Part shown: positions 40,213-53,947 of the stretch, piece after piece | Position numbering within the stretch: position 1 is the stretch's first letter | Layout: the number at the start of each line of letters is the position of its first letter | NCBI GenBank assembly: GCA_964016885.1 | Contig: OZ024740.1 | Span: forward strand, 96,100,001-96,164,000 | Origin: Eledone cirrhosa | Lineage: Eukaryota | Direction: 5' to 3' | DNA: 64,000 nucleotides | Translations under genes and position numbers: made by a program | The notes under the pieces: model-generated | What the model saw: the letters and a program-made list of their open reading frames with translations, nothing else | Database searches by the model: none | Told to the model about the DNA's origin: nothing

Positions 40213-40215
<3 letters not shown>

Positions 40216-40418
40216 CGGAGGAAATGTGGTAAGGAACCAGGTGGACCATAACGCACCAAAGTACTCAATACTTAGGGTAGTAGAGTGGGTAATAGGAACG
40301 AGTAGGACCCACGGCTGAGCTCAACCCGTTTCGACGGCTAATTCTGTACTGAATTAGCAGTCCAGAATTAGCCGTCGAAACGGCTTGACCTCAGCCGTCG
40401 TGGTCCTACTCGTTCCTA
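40213..40418. mobile_element. Short half-hammerhead palindromic element, copy 2
   Basis: Same family as 8659-8818; palindrome centred on gctaattctg/cagaattagc. Confidence 0.8.
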
Positions 40419-40427
40419 TATATATTT

Positions 40428-40618
40428 ATATTTATTAAAATAACAGATTAAAGTTTAAGCAAAGAATCGCTGCTTTCACCCTTAACGGGATCTTCTGAAA
40501 CTAACAAAGTCAATCTGTTATTTTAATAAATATTTGCTCTACGGTTCTTATATATTTGATATATATTTACCCTTATCGAGCCCTCTTTGGATTTTAGTCT
40601 TCACATTTATTATTATTG

Positions 40619-40620
<2 letters not shown>
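40428..40620. mobile_element. Short fold-back element with hammerhead-like motif (40453-40501, minus); second copy at 46509-46729
   Basis: atttattaaaataacagatt / aatctgttattttaataaat inverted; minus strand gttt-CAGAAGA-tccc gttaa gggt-GAAA-gca...tgc-TT-aaac. Confidence 0.75.
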
Positions 40621-40682
<62 letters not shown>

Positions 40683-43600
40683 GAGTGTGTACATGAATGT
40701 GTGTATGATACATTTAATTTTTGAGAGCAGTAATAACATTACTAAGATTAGAACACGATATTTAGAAAATCACGTTGGAAATACATGGATGTTCTGCCCT
40801 ACATTTAAGTTTTACTGTTTCATTAACACATGAGGACATTAATGTTTCATTTGAATTCATTCGAATCAATCTCATCGGAAGTGTGGTTTCAAGTTTGATT
40901 GACAGTCATTAGCAGAAGAAGGAAATGTTATACGAATAATGTCGTTAAAGAAAACAATCAGATGTAAGTCTTATTCAAACGTTATGAACTAATACCTGGT
41001 GAGAATGAGTAATAAACAAAAATTAGTTAATCGTTGTAGTAGATACAAATAATGTGTAAGTATGTCATGTTTGTTGTCGATATTTGTGCCATAAAATCTA
41101 CTTAATTTAAAAATTCTTATTACTCTGCTTGTATGGTATTATGATATTTCAACCAATCCTGAAATATTGGGTCTAAATTCAATGTTTTGAACTGTCATGA
41201 ACGGTCGTTTATTCTTGCCCGATTTTATATAATTGATTCTGTTGTTGTAAATGATTCGTGCATGAAATTAGGTGTGGGTTTTGTATAATGGAATGATTCT
41301 GGATTTTGTTAGTTTTTGAATAAATTAGATGTTAGTTGAAAGGGTGTTGCATACGTCAGCGGTTAATTTTTTTTTTAAGTTGGCTGTTTTGGAGTGATAT
41401 ATGTGTTGGTGATATCGTTATATATATCAATACTGACGCTTTATTCTAAGGAAAATATTTTGGCAATATTCTTATAACAGTGTTGTGTAATGGGATGATT
41501 CCGTTCGTTTGGTTGAGAGTGTCGTCCCCTATATGTTTGATGTGTATTATGAGCACTTGCTGTATGCTTTAATTCTGTGTGTGTGTGTGTGTGTGTGTGT
41601 GAGAGTGTGAGTGTGAGTGTGTGTGTATGTGTATGTATGTGCGTGTATACCTATTACCATTAGGACTGAGACATATATTTGTTTCAGTATTATTAAGTGG
41701 TATCGGTGAATTTGTTGTATCGTGTATATTAAGGACTGGCAAACATTTGTGCTCGTTGTTGTGGTACTGATGTAATAGGTAGTATATGGAATGCGATTGG
41801 ATAAGGTGTTCGGATTGCAGGTATTTATATTGTAGGGTTAAGTAAGGTTGTAAAGTTAATTTGTCGTTTGTAGGGGGAATATTGAGTTTGTGTTACGTAA
41901 GTGTCATTTGCTACTTTGAATGGAGTTTAGGTTTGCCTTCTGTTGGGATTTGTCTTATAAGTACTGTGTGTTATTGGAATTTAAACGACTGGCTATTAAT
42001 GATCTGTTTGAGAATAATACATTCCTTCGTCTGGAAGGAAATGTATATTTCATGTGAGGGGGTTTAGATATTACTGATTATATATAGAAGGGAAGTTGTA
42101 AAAAATAATATCTTAAAGTACTAGACGGATTTGAACATTTAAAAAGTGTTTTTCTGCACTTCAAAATGAATATAATGTATTGGGTATTTAACTGAACGAC
42201 AGCAGTTACAGGAAAATTAATATTGACGCATATTTATAGTCGAACAACACAGCTCTCGGATTTATGTCCTCGTATTTACTTAGGCCTAAAGTTAATCGCA
42301 TCATTCAAATCACAATTTAACATACTCCAGTACATGAACATATTCCTTTCCATATTCAATGTCCTCCTATAATTTACGCTGCAAATATTCACATATGGTC
42401 TCCTCAGGCTATCTGGACAGATTGTTTTCACCACAGATTTCTCTCTTACATTCTCAGAGCATCTCGACCACAAATCTCTTCAGCACATTTGAAGATGAGG
42501 AGTTAAGGAAAAACGAGATACCTATTCATCACCTGCATACTAACTAAACCAAGGATGTATAAACCACCTTGTAATTTCTCTCCTACATCGCTTGCGTTAT
42601 ACTTTGATTTGATCTCTTATGCAGAACCTGCGAGATTTAACAAACAAAATATAGTCTCCACACAATATAGTCTGCAACAATTTTCCATGAGATAATGTAC
42701 TACAGTATATAGGATGCATGATGGGATTATCATGACAGTCAAGATGTTTTCTAAGGTCGTGTTGCATCGGCTTTATTGAGGGTAAGAATTATTATACAAA
42801 TATTCGGATGTGTATTTGCGATGGAATATTATTGTATTTTATTCTAATTTTATCATTGCATTTAGGAGCATCTTCGATAATTTATGTTATATTTTCAGTT
42901 CCGATATTGCTATTATTATATTTAAATTCAATGCTAGCCCGTTATGTTTGTATAATCCTTTAGAGAGAAGTCAATTCAAAATAGTTCAGAGCCAACGCAT
43001 GGTTTTAAGTAACAAACCTTTACATTATCTCGCGTATGTGTCAGCTTGCGTTATTGATAGATATTTGCTTGATTATTTCATTATGTTCAAGGAAAAAAAA
43101 TGTTTTTGTTTGATTCAATATACACGTTATATACAAATGTTTATAGGTATAATATGCACTTCCTGGATGTATTTCAAAGCGAATTACTATTTTAGAAGTA
43201 ACATAAGTAATTATCACTTGAAACATTTTACAACGTATTATATTAGGATAATTCCCACCTGGGAAAACTAAATTGACGTTGCTTATATTTAAGTTAAATA
43301 GTACAAATCTAAACTATAATAAAGGACTGCGGGACTGCGTACGGTTTATTTCTTTTAATCCAGTTAGCAAAATAAGTTGGAAAACTTTGAATAAATAATG
43401 AATGAATATTACATAATTTATGTACTAAATTTCGTGACAAAAGTTCGTAAACATAAATAATTTAAAATGTGATTCGTTTCAAAGTTTCAACTGTCTACGC
43501 TTCCGGTATATCATCGCCACCATCACCACTTCAACTAACATATATATATAGAAAGAGAGAGAGAGTGTGTGTGATGAGACAGATAAAGAAAGTATGATTT

Positions 43601-44085
43601 TCTACACGATGACGCGTATGAGTATGCACATACATACATCTATATATATGAGTATATAACTATTATGAGTATATAACTATAATCACGTAAACACAAACTT
43701 ATAAAATGCACGCTCACAGACATACATTCACAAATACACATACATTCACACATACATTCACACATATACATTTATACAAACACACACATATAGTCATGAT
43801 AGCAGCGTTCGGTGAATTGGAAATGGGAGGGTAAACCAAGTTTAAGGTTATTTTTTTATTTATTAACTCTCTTAAAATCATTTAATATAATGGTTACAGA
43901 ACGAAAACACTAACAAATAGAATATATACAAATGAAAGGGAAAGGAAACAATAAAGAGAAAACACACACGCACGTAATACACACATATTTGGCTACATAG
44001 AACAAAATGCAAGCGAAGGAGTGGAAAAACGAGCCGCTACCAAAGCAAAATATATCAAAATAGCGTGGAGCACTGGGAAACCTCT

Positions 44086-44500
44086 CTAATAATGTTTAAG
44101 GCAGGCCAGCACGCTCGCAGCGTTACCTGTTGTGATGGCGACACTGAGGTGCTGGAACAACCAAGTGACCTCACGAGCATCACTAGTTACCTCCGTTTGG
44201 CGAGCCGCCAGTGAAGAAAATAATCTGGCTGTCAGTAGCCCGACTTCCCCAAACGTGTAGAACGCCATAGGCTGGATAATGTTCATTTTGTTACGTTCAG
44301 CTGCGGATGCTGTAGCTCTCGCCTTTACCGCTGCATCCAGAATGTGGGAAGAAGCAAAAGAGACACTAACTGTGACGTCCCAGGTAAGGTACCTTTTGAC
44401 CAGGAGTAGAGTGTAAGACCGAGAAGTCTTTTCCCAACAATTATGGACAACCCAGACGGTTCAAAAATTGAGAGGATGTTTGCTCGGACCAAAGCTCTTG
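44086..44500 (-). mobile_element. CRE-like RLE LINE 3' fragment
   Basis: LTWDVTV...AAERNK...QPMAFYTFGEVG...WLFQHLSVAITTGNAASVL, typical RLE C-terminus. Confidence 0.7.
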
Positions 44501-44739
44501 AGTGGTAATAGGCCAGTGTGTGTATGTGCGCGCGCGTGAGTTTGTCAACCTTCTTAAATTAGAGATGTGACTGTGGATGTCACTGTTTTTAAGTTAGACA
44601 TATATATGAGTATCCCTTTCCTTCCTATTACACACACACACATACATTCACACAAACACACATGCACATCGCATGATGGACGGGTGGACAGAAGTCCCTC
44701 AGATTTATATACATTTGAATGGAATCCTACTCTAGCAGT

Positions 44740-45358
44740 TACAGAAATTAAAGTATTTAGAGCCGTGTTCATGAGTGATGGAATGCAGGAGGCTGAATTA
44801 AGTGCAAGAATTGCAAAAGTTGATGCAGTAATGCGCCAGCCTCAGCATTCAGCAATCAGAAGAAGAGGGGTAGGTGTAAAAGCCAAACTCGCTCTCTTTC
44901 TGGTATACCTGCCAACTCTTACCGAGGATGATGAATCTTGAGTTACAATCTTGTGAATACAATTACAAATAAAGGTGGCAGAAATGGGATTCCTTCGAAG
45001 GGTCTTTGGAGTAACGTTACTCGATGAAGTGCATAGCTCAGAGACCAGGGAGTCACTCCTGGCAGTGCCGCTACTTCTCCGAATTATGAGATTATAACTC
45101 CGATAATATGAACATGTGGTTACAACGTCTCAGTAAAGAATTGCTGGACACATTTTACAGGCAAAACCAGCCGGCAAGAGACCCAGAGGTAGACTCTGAG
45201 CAATATATTTGGATAACATCCATGAGCTTGGCTGGTCACCCTTTGGGATCCACGAGGATTAGTTAGAGATGTTTGCTACTGACAGACTCGCTGGAAGGAG
45301 TGTTTGAGAAGGACTCTGCCACGATGACCTTCTCCGAAATAAGTGGGCGAAGAAGATG
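44740..45358 (+). mobile_element. RTE-clade LINE 3' fragment
   Basis: ELSARIAK...KAKLALF...AEMGFLRRVFGVTLLDEV...KRPRGR; same family as 63570-64000. Confidence 0.85.
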
Positions 45359-45548
45359 TTGTCAATTTACTTTTCAATTTACATATATCTATATGAATAT
45401 ATATTTGCGTATAATACCAATATGCACACTACAAATGCCAGCAGAAAACCGCCCTCTGGCTGTTTTTCTGATAGTAGTAATAATGATTGTTACCTTACAT
45501 AACATTGTTAAATAAAGGAACGTTTATAGTCACAGATGTCTTTATCAA

Positions 45549-45853
45549 AATAAAAGAAACGATAATTTTGTAAGAGAAAAAAATGTTAAAGAATGTCAAG
45601 ACCCACAAACTTTAATTTGCTTGCCAAGCCTCTACATAATACACGAGCCATTTAATAATAGTTTCTACTTTTGGCTCAACGCCAGCAATCATCCCAGTGC
45701 ATTCCTGCTACTTTATTCTATCGACCCCTTACGGGGAAGACACAATTATTAATAGGTTCGTGCGTTATGTAGAGGCTTGGCAAGAAAATAGAAGTTAGTG
45801 GGTCTTGAACTTGTTTTAAATGTTTTCTCCTGCAAAATTATCGTTTCTTTTAT
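45549..45853. repeat. Inverted repeat (~110-bp arms) around a SINE 3' fragment
   Basis: cttgccaagcctctacataa / ttatgtagaggcttggcaag; centre 45661-45735 matches the SINE tail on the minus strand. Confidence 0.75.
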
Positions 45854-46336
45854 TCAATAATGATATATGGACATCATTAACAAAATTGTCTTAGATTTCA
45901 TCGTACTCATAAATATGTTCATTTATTCGCGTTATGTTGTAAAACAAATTACTTCCTGTTATCAATTGATTTCAGGTTAGCTATGGCAAATATGTTTGTC
46001 ATTTCCAAAAAATATATATTACAAGTATTAATTGATTTCTAAACTGTAACCATTTTAATATATGCTGTACTAAGTAAAATAATTATTTCTAGATTTGGCA
46101 CAATGCCAGTTATTACCCAGTACATTACTGGTCCTTTATTTTATCGACAAAGTTAACCTCAACGTGATTTGAATTAAGACCGTAAATGGACGTAACTAAT
46201 ATATATGTATATATACTAATTTATTTCTTCCCTAAATCAGCACAACAGTAGATAAGTCTGTAAATTAAACAATTTGGAATGTTATACAACACATATACAT
46301 TCATAATAATACAGAATTTGTTAGTACTATTTACTG

Positions 46337-46383
<47 letters not shown>

Positions 46384-46508
46384 CGTCTATTGATTTCTAA
46401 GGGTGGTTGGGATGGATTATACTCGAAATTGTCATTGGCAGCTTTTTGCTGTTTTAAACTCTCCCTTGCTTTTAGGTTCTTCCAATTATTCTCCGAATAT
46501 ATATATAT

Positions 46509-46725
46509 ATATTTATTAAAATAACAGATTAAAATGTAAGCAAATAATCGCTGCGTTAACGCTTAACGTGATCCTCAGATGATCCTGTTAAGGGTGAAAG
46601 CGGCGATTTTTTGCTTAAACTTTAATCTGTTATTTTAATAAATATTTGCTCTACGGTTGTTATATATTTGATATATATCTATCCTTATCGAGCCCTCTTT
46701 GGAATTTAGTCTTTGAATTTATCAT

Positions 46726-46729
<4 letters not shown>
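46509..46729. mobile_element. Short fold-back element with hammerhead-like motif at 46576-46620 (+)
   Basis: CAGATGA-tcct gttaa gggt-GAAA-gcg...tgc-TT-aaac; 3' tail matches 40514-40620. Confidence 0.75.
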
Positions 46730-46777
<48 letters not shown>

Positions 46778-47300
46778 GTGCGTATATCTGTGTATGCATG
46801 TACCTATATATGAGTGTGTGAATATATGCATGTGTACGTGTATGGCACGTGCGTGAGCGTATGCGCGGGTGTGTGTGTGTGCATGTCCGTGCATATAAGT
46901 GGGTGATCAGCAGCTCGGAATGTCTGTGTGTGAGCACACTTCTATTTGGGTGTGTCTGTGTCGGGCTGCGGTTAAGATAGGGAGCGGCAAGGCAGATCAG
47001 AACCCCATGCCCACGTAGCAGTAATTCTGCCGATAGAATTAACGTGAGTTTCAGCTCACACATGAATGTAAATGGTCAGTGGGCAGCATGAATGATCAAA
47101 CATACAGAGAACGACTCGAAACGGAATTGCAACAGACAGAAGATTTGATTCAAAATCGCTAGACGTATCTGAGGCACATGCGTATCCAGTGTCATGTTCG
47201 ATCCACAAATAGATCGTACCTCGAGCTGTTCACCGGAGAAACAATTGTAATACGTTAACAAATTAATTGTGTTTCGAAGTATCACTGATTCTTCGTTTTG

Positions 47301-47401
<101 letters not shown>

Positions 47402-47809
47402 AGCATTTTATGTCAACTAGAAATTGATTTACATATAAATACATCTAAAGTAAACATATGAAACAATCACATGGGATAATTTGTAGAAGTGTGTAAGCAC
47501 ACATAGCTATGTAGTTTTAACTAGAACTTCAAGAATAGATAACTTACAAATTGATTAACCTTCCTTGTATATATGCCATTAAATAAATATATTTCACCAA
47601 TTAATCGATTGGTAAACGACAGTATACAGATCCTGGATCATCAACAAGGAAGAGGACTAACCCTCTGTATTTACGCATCAAGTTCAAATCAGCGACTGGC
47701 CAGTAACACGTGCTGTATTTACTAAAAATACACACATCGTACCAGCTTCGTCCCAGTTGGGTGAATAGGATTATCGACAACTAGAAATAGCAGTCAAGTC
47801 CAAATTTAA

Positions 47810-47877
47810 TATAACTAATATCATGATGCTTACTTTCATGTGCATACCACTTGATTAAACACACACACACACACACG

Positions 47878-47946
<69 letters not shown>

Positions 47947-48006
47947 GTGTGAGTGTTTAATCAAGTGGTATGCACATGAATGTAAGCATCATGATAGTAG
48001 TTATAT
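47810..48006. repeat. Inverted repeat centred on a (TA)n tract
   Basis: catgtgcataccacttgattaaacac / gtgtttaatcaagtggtatgcacatg. Confidence 0.85.
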
Positions 48007-48257
48007 AACATTTGATGTGTACTTAATAAATGGGCACAATGTGTGAACAATATTCCTTTGCTAGTTATGGAATTTAAAACTGCTACGTCTAAATGCGTGT
48101 GTATTTTACGGGCTTACTCGTGCTGTCAGTGCTTTCATGTACATGCACCCGTCTTTCCGTATCCAGTGGCTATATATACAGTTTATAAAGATTCATATAT
48201 GTGTTCACATGTCCGTGTTTGTATGATGTGATTGGATCCTACGCATATGATTGTTTG

Positions 48258-48320
<63 letters not shown>

Positions 48321-48324
<4 letters not shown>

Positions 48325-48459
48325 AGAATTAGGCATCGAAACGGCTTGAGCTCTGCCGTCGGGGTCATAAGTGTTCCTATTACCCACTCTTCTACCCTAA
48401 GTATTAAGTACGTTGGTGTCGTATGGTCCATCTGTCTCCTTACCACATTTCCTTCGTTA
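48321..48459 (+). mobile_element. Short half-hammerhead element, copy 3 (single arm)
   Basis: gtccagaattaggcatc-GAAA-cggc ttgagctct gccg-TC...ccttcgtta between (TA)n tracts. Confidence 0.8.
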
Positions 48460-48480
48460 TATATATATATATATATATTA

Positions 48481-51400
48481 AGAGAGTAAAACATAGAAGC
48501 CTTCAATACATAGCCGACAATGTTTCGTCCTATTAAGGACTCATCAGGGCAATTAAAACAACAAGAAGTAATATCGGCAGATACAAGCCGGAAGCTCCGA
48601 AGAATATGGAGTGTACATACACTGAAGTATTACAAAAATATATAATAAAAATATGGGATAAAAATTACTAAGGATGTATATAACACTAAGAACCATATTA
48701 CAAATATAGTCCAAAGCAAAAACTAGAGCTAAACAAAGGTGGTTATATAGAGCAGGAATTATATATAATACAATATAATATACTATAATATACCTTTACC
48801 AACATTAAAATTACAATAAAAATCAAAAGATACAATATGCATATGTATATATGTGCGCACACGTACACACACACATACACATACAACAATACACACATCC
48901 ATCCTCAACTGCACAAATTAAACCTTATTAAGAATTTGAATATAAAAATAAGCATGATAGGAATGAAAATAATAATAATAATAATACTAATACATCTACC
49001 CAATATACATGAGGTAATAATATGATATAATTATAAGTAGTACATAGGTAATAATATGATATAATTATAAGTAGCACATATAATAATGAATAATACAATT
49101 ATATACTATATAATACAATATAATAGAATAGATAATCTCCGGTTAATTTACACAAACAATATAGATGTCACAATAATAATATAATAATAATATTTACAAT
49201 ATACAATATACTAACATTCTAAATGTACTCAAGTTAACAAGTCAATTCATACTGGGTTACAGAGTAGGTGAGGAAAAATAAAATGTACAATACCTCAAAA
49301 AAATGTTGATGATACAGAAGTACAAACATCTTACAAGATATATAAGGTTTAACATATCATAATGTTACATATAATTAACGGTAAATAATAAGGATCAATA
49401 TTACAATAAAAAATACAATATAATATAATATATTATATAAAATAAAATTAATACAATATAATATATAATTACTTATAATTACAAGGTTGGTAGACAGACA
49501 TGTACATGGATGAGTGAGTGAGTGCCAGACAGTAAATAGTAAATATAATGCACAGTAGCATTACAAAGTATAGAATAATATAAATAAACAGAATCAACCG
49601 GAAATTAAAAAACAAAAACAAACGTATACATTTAGGTCTCACATGCAGTTAAGTAGTTAAGTAAAAGCTAAGGAAACAACCCCTGTAAATGACTCGAAAA
49701 CCCTATTTGATAAATTAATATTAAAAATATTTAAACTATCCAATAAGGCAGTATAATATTGGCTATAGTTTAAGTCATTAAAGTTTATAAACGTTAATAT
49801 TTCGTTCCAAATGTTTACAAAAAGAAATGAAAATTGTTTATTATCATATACATAACGATATCGAAAGAACTGACTTAAGCAGAATTAAGGTAGGCTAATA
49901 GGGACAGAAATGAAGAAATGTATGGAGGATGCAAAGGGGCATAAAATATAGTCGATATACTATATTACATAATAGAAAGGAGTGTAAAAGAAGGGGGGGG
50001 GGTTACATATAATATAATCATAGTCAATTTGGAGGGGTTGACAATAAGTTTATGTGCGCATGGGGGGGGGGGGATCCAAAGAAGAATCCGAATAAAGATA
50101 AAAATAAAATTAAGGATAAAATAAAATAAATAGCGTGAAATAAATAATCTTATATACATTCATAAGGTGTAACAGTGAAAATTTAATTCGTAAGAAGATA
50201 GATGTGGTACAGTAGCCAACAGATTATGAGATCTAGAATGAAGAGTCATCAAAAACCAATTATAATAATGATGATAATAATAATGTTGGCAAACAAAAGG
50301 ACCTAAACTAAAAAATAAATAATGGAATATATCAGCTAATGGGTACAATTTGTACTACTAGAACGTTTAGGTTAAAATAAAAGTATGAATTAGAAATAGC
50401 ATCGGGGCAAGAAGAGAATATCTCAGACTTTCTATTAAGTAAAGATGCGCTAGAGAAGATTATAGAGTGTGTCTCGAGGATACAGATATTACAAAACTTA
50501 GTATGTGTAGAAAGGTGGTTAGAGCGTGCTACTAAACGCCAGTTAAGGCTATATGGTATATTAGCTATCTTAAGATCCCAGACATAATATGCTAAAGAAG
50601 TAGAATTCTGAAATTTAACATGCTTGAAATTAGAGATATGAGAGTTAAACCTAGTCTTAAAAGTGTTAGATGTAGAGCCTATATAAGTTCTATTAGAGGA
50701 ATTAGTTATAACTTCCCAAGCATAGACAATGTTCTTAGAAAGGCAGTTACCGTTTAAAGGGCAGTTAGCACTCACTCTACAATTGCACTTCCGGGTGTTA
50801 TTGGTTGACTCAAGTGGTGATGCATTACACGTAGGATTGCTATTAGATAAGGACTGTTCTGGTGGTAATGCATTGCCAGATCTGTTCAGACTAGTAGTAT
50901 GTAGAGAGGAGAATCCATCCCTAATTTTCCTATTGTTAGTGCTAGCTAAATGAGAACTAATATTAGGGGTGGTAGTGAATGAAAGTTTAATAACATTTTT
51001 ATTAAAAATACTATGGTATTTATGAGAAGGGGGGACATTTTTCCCTAAGATGGAGAAGAAAGACCTAGGGATAATAGTTGATACTTCCTGATTATATGGC
51101 GGGTTAAAATAAGTGTTTAATCGCCTTCTATTTTTATTCTTACCGACTCTACCATTATCGAATATCCCGCCATCGAGACTAGGGTTACTACAAGGATTAG
51201 TTAAAGCCGCATTCCTAGAATCAGCCAAGATTTCATTAAGTCTATTACAGTTTCTACCTCCAGTAGGATCAGTAGGAGCAACATTATCAGAATAAGATCC
51301 AGCTAAATTATCACCAATGTGTGAGCGCTCAGGGGCTCAACTTGTTTCCTAAAGGTATTATATTCACTATTGCGGGTTCGGTGGGTTAACTTATGGGTGG

Positions 51401-51760
51401 GTTCAGATACACCTATATAATTTTTACGGTTACTATGTTTGCTACTCACATTCATGGCCATGTTACGTGATATTATATTATTATTATTAAAAGTAGACGG
51501 AGACTTTCTAAGGTTACTATTATTATAGTGTATTTTACTAGAGTAACCTGAATTTGCTAGGGCATTATTATAGTACTCCGCATGTTCATTAAATGTTCCT
51601 ACGTCCTTAGAGAGTGTGGAAATCCTATTAGATACACCCTTAATTATAGAGCTTATCATAGACTTGGGGGGGTTAGAATTGGGACTAACATAAGAAAGTA
51701 TTTCATTAGGCTTATGGAAGTGTTTAAAACTATTAGTGACCAAGTCCAAAGTCACATCCA

Positions 51761-51762
<2 letters not shown>
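48481..51762 (-). mobile_element. 5'-truncated YRDD-type PLE with long AT-rich 3' region ending in an HHR
   Basis: LDVTLDL...FHKPNE...YYNNAL (51303..51776), YFNPPY, IKLSF, CNCRVSANCPLNGNCL, TYIGSTSNTFKTRFNSH (50332..51228); HHR at 48513. Confidence 0.85.
48513..48550 (-). ncRNA. Canonical minimal type I hammerhead ribozyme
   Basis: Minus strand: gcc-CTGATGA-gtcc ttaata ggac-GAAA-cattg-TC-ggc; all core nucleotides canonical, GUC cleavage triplet. Confidence 0.9.
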
Positions 51763-51809
<47 letters not shown>

Positions 51810-52506
51810 AATGTGTGTGTGTATACGTGTGTGTCATTTTATGTCTGCGTTTGTGCGTGTGTATATATATATGTAGATATAATATATGAATGTATGTATA
51901 TATACGTAATTGTATATGAACCTCGCTGTTTGTTTATCATATTTCCTGCTACATAAATACAACCTATTCTCGTACGTTATTAATAGTTCATTTAATCATT
52001 GATTTAATGTTTCCTTGTTTGTAAAATATAATCATATGCATTTCATTGTAACAAGGTACACACATTCAGGCAGTTTCCTTGAAGAGTGTGTCATGTTATC
52101 TCTGCTAAGCACTTGCTGAAGAGAGTCATTTTTCTTTTTTTTTACTTTATGAATTCCTATATACTGTTGCACTAATGGTGTATTAGCTTGAAGGATTTAA
52201 TCTATTATATCGACCGTATTAAGTATTTATTTTCAAGTATTATACTGAATTTATTGAACTATATTTTCCTTCCCGCTGAGTTACTTGATACACAAATATA
52301 TGCAAATGTAAGTATTCTATCTTCACAGTAATAGGGTCGATAAAATAAAGTACCAGTAATATATTGCTGGCCTTGTGCCAAAAGTAGAAACAATTATAAG
52401 GTACCATACAAATTAAAATATTAATACTATTTTATGTCTCTTAACATAGAACAGCTTACAATAAAATTCACGTTCTATAGCATTCATCATTTTGTATAAG
52501 GGTAAT

Positions 52507-52690
52507 GGATTGACGGTATCGGTAGAGCGTTGGACAAGATGGTGTGTGGCATATACTTACGTCCCTTTGCATTCAAAATTGAAATATCACCGTGGCTAAG
52601 AAAATAAACACTACCAATGCACTGTGGTTGATTTCAACGGATTTCCCTTCTCCCAAAAGTGTTGTCCTTTTACCTAAATCAGCAAATATT
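52507..52690 (+). mobile_element. Diverged SINE (further fragments at 46085-46195, 52334-52395, 52965-53150)
   Basis: ggattgacggtatcggtagagcgttggac...ttacgtcccttt matches the head of the 22186 SINE. Confidence 0.7.
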
Positions 52691-53492
52691 TATTAATAAT
52701 TACATTTCTCATTATTTTCCGATTATCAGAATGCTAAATTCACAATAATCGTATTTGTTATATGTCAATATAATTTCGATTTCCCACACTATCTATACTT
52801 TACATTATTTTCTAAGTAGTATTTTAAAATAAATTACGTTGCATCATATCATGGTACACATAGCTTTGAATTTTATTTTAAGGATAATATATATTAATTA
52901 TTCAAAAATACATGAAATATTTACGACTTTGTCATATTATTGCAAGCCTGGTTTGGGAGTTGCTTTGCCAGAGTCATCAGCGAATTCGGTAAATGCATAG
53001 AAATATTTCTTCAATCTCTTTCTATTTTGAGTTCAAATATTGCCGAATTCATATGTGTCATTCGAACTTAGCAGTCAATAATTAAAGTGTTATAATAATC
53101 CCCTCCCCCTCCACCCAATCATTGGCATTCTGCCTAAAGTAAGATTCATTATTATATTTTGTTGGACAGAGCATTTAGCTTAATGCCACATCCTTAATAT
53201 CCATGCAGTTTCCTAAAATTCATGTTCAAATTATTTAGGCAATTCTCAAGGAATGTATACACAGGAAACACAAACACATACATAGGCACACACACCAAAG
53301 TTACTCAACTATACACTTGCACATATACACAACACACATATACTGGCCAGACCACTCATATATCATCCCCTTCTATCTCCCCATCAATACAATCGGGATT
53401 TAACCATTCAAGCTCGATATATGCCACTCTGCAGTAGATATTTCGTTCATTTTAAGTCGTATTTGAAAGTATATATATATATATATACATAC

Positions 53493-53595
<103 letters not shown>

Positions 53596-53685
53596 AAGGT
53601 TAAACAAGGTTCCATGAATAAATCAAAGAATGAGTTTTACAATAGACTGGAAGCACTCCACAATTTGGTTTTCAGGAGTTATTAA

Positions 53686-53920
53686 TATTAATTCAAAACA
53701 TTAACAAAAATAGACATTCGTGTGATCAAGTATATTATATTATACATATGACTACCATGAGTGAATCTTAACCATCTACTAAGTCAGGGTATGTCATGCA
53801 TCATCTTATTTTATCTGATGAGGACGTACTGTTGAAGACAGCTCAGTACCTCTGAAATATGTATAATAAAATATACTTGATCACACGAATGTCTATTTTT
53901 GTTAATATTTTGAATTAATA
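53686..53920. mobile_element. Short fold-back element (arms 53686-53749 / 53857-53920) containing an HHR
   Basis: aacaaaaatagacattcgtgtgatcaagtatatt / aatatacttgatcacacgaatgtctatttttgtt. Confidence 0.85.
53807..53873 (+). ncRNA. Type I hammerhead ribozyme motif
   Basis: tattttat-CTGATGA-ggacgtactg...cagtacctct-GAAA-tatgta-TA-ataaaata; 8-bp stem I, canonical core. Confidence 0.85.
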
Positions 53921-53947
53921 TATATATATATATATTATGGTATTTAT

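Noticed and set aside
41100-42060. GT-skewed segment as another PLE fragment
   Set aside because: No RT or GIY-YIG motif recovered by manual translation.
42276-42547. Protein-like segment as a host exon
   Set aside because: The most protein-like frame has several stops and no recognisable domain.
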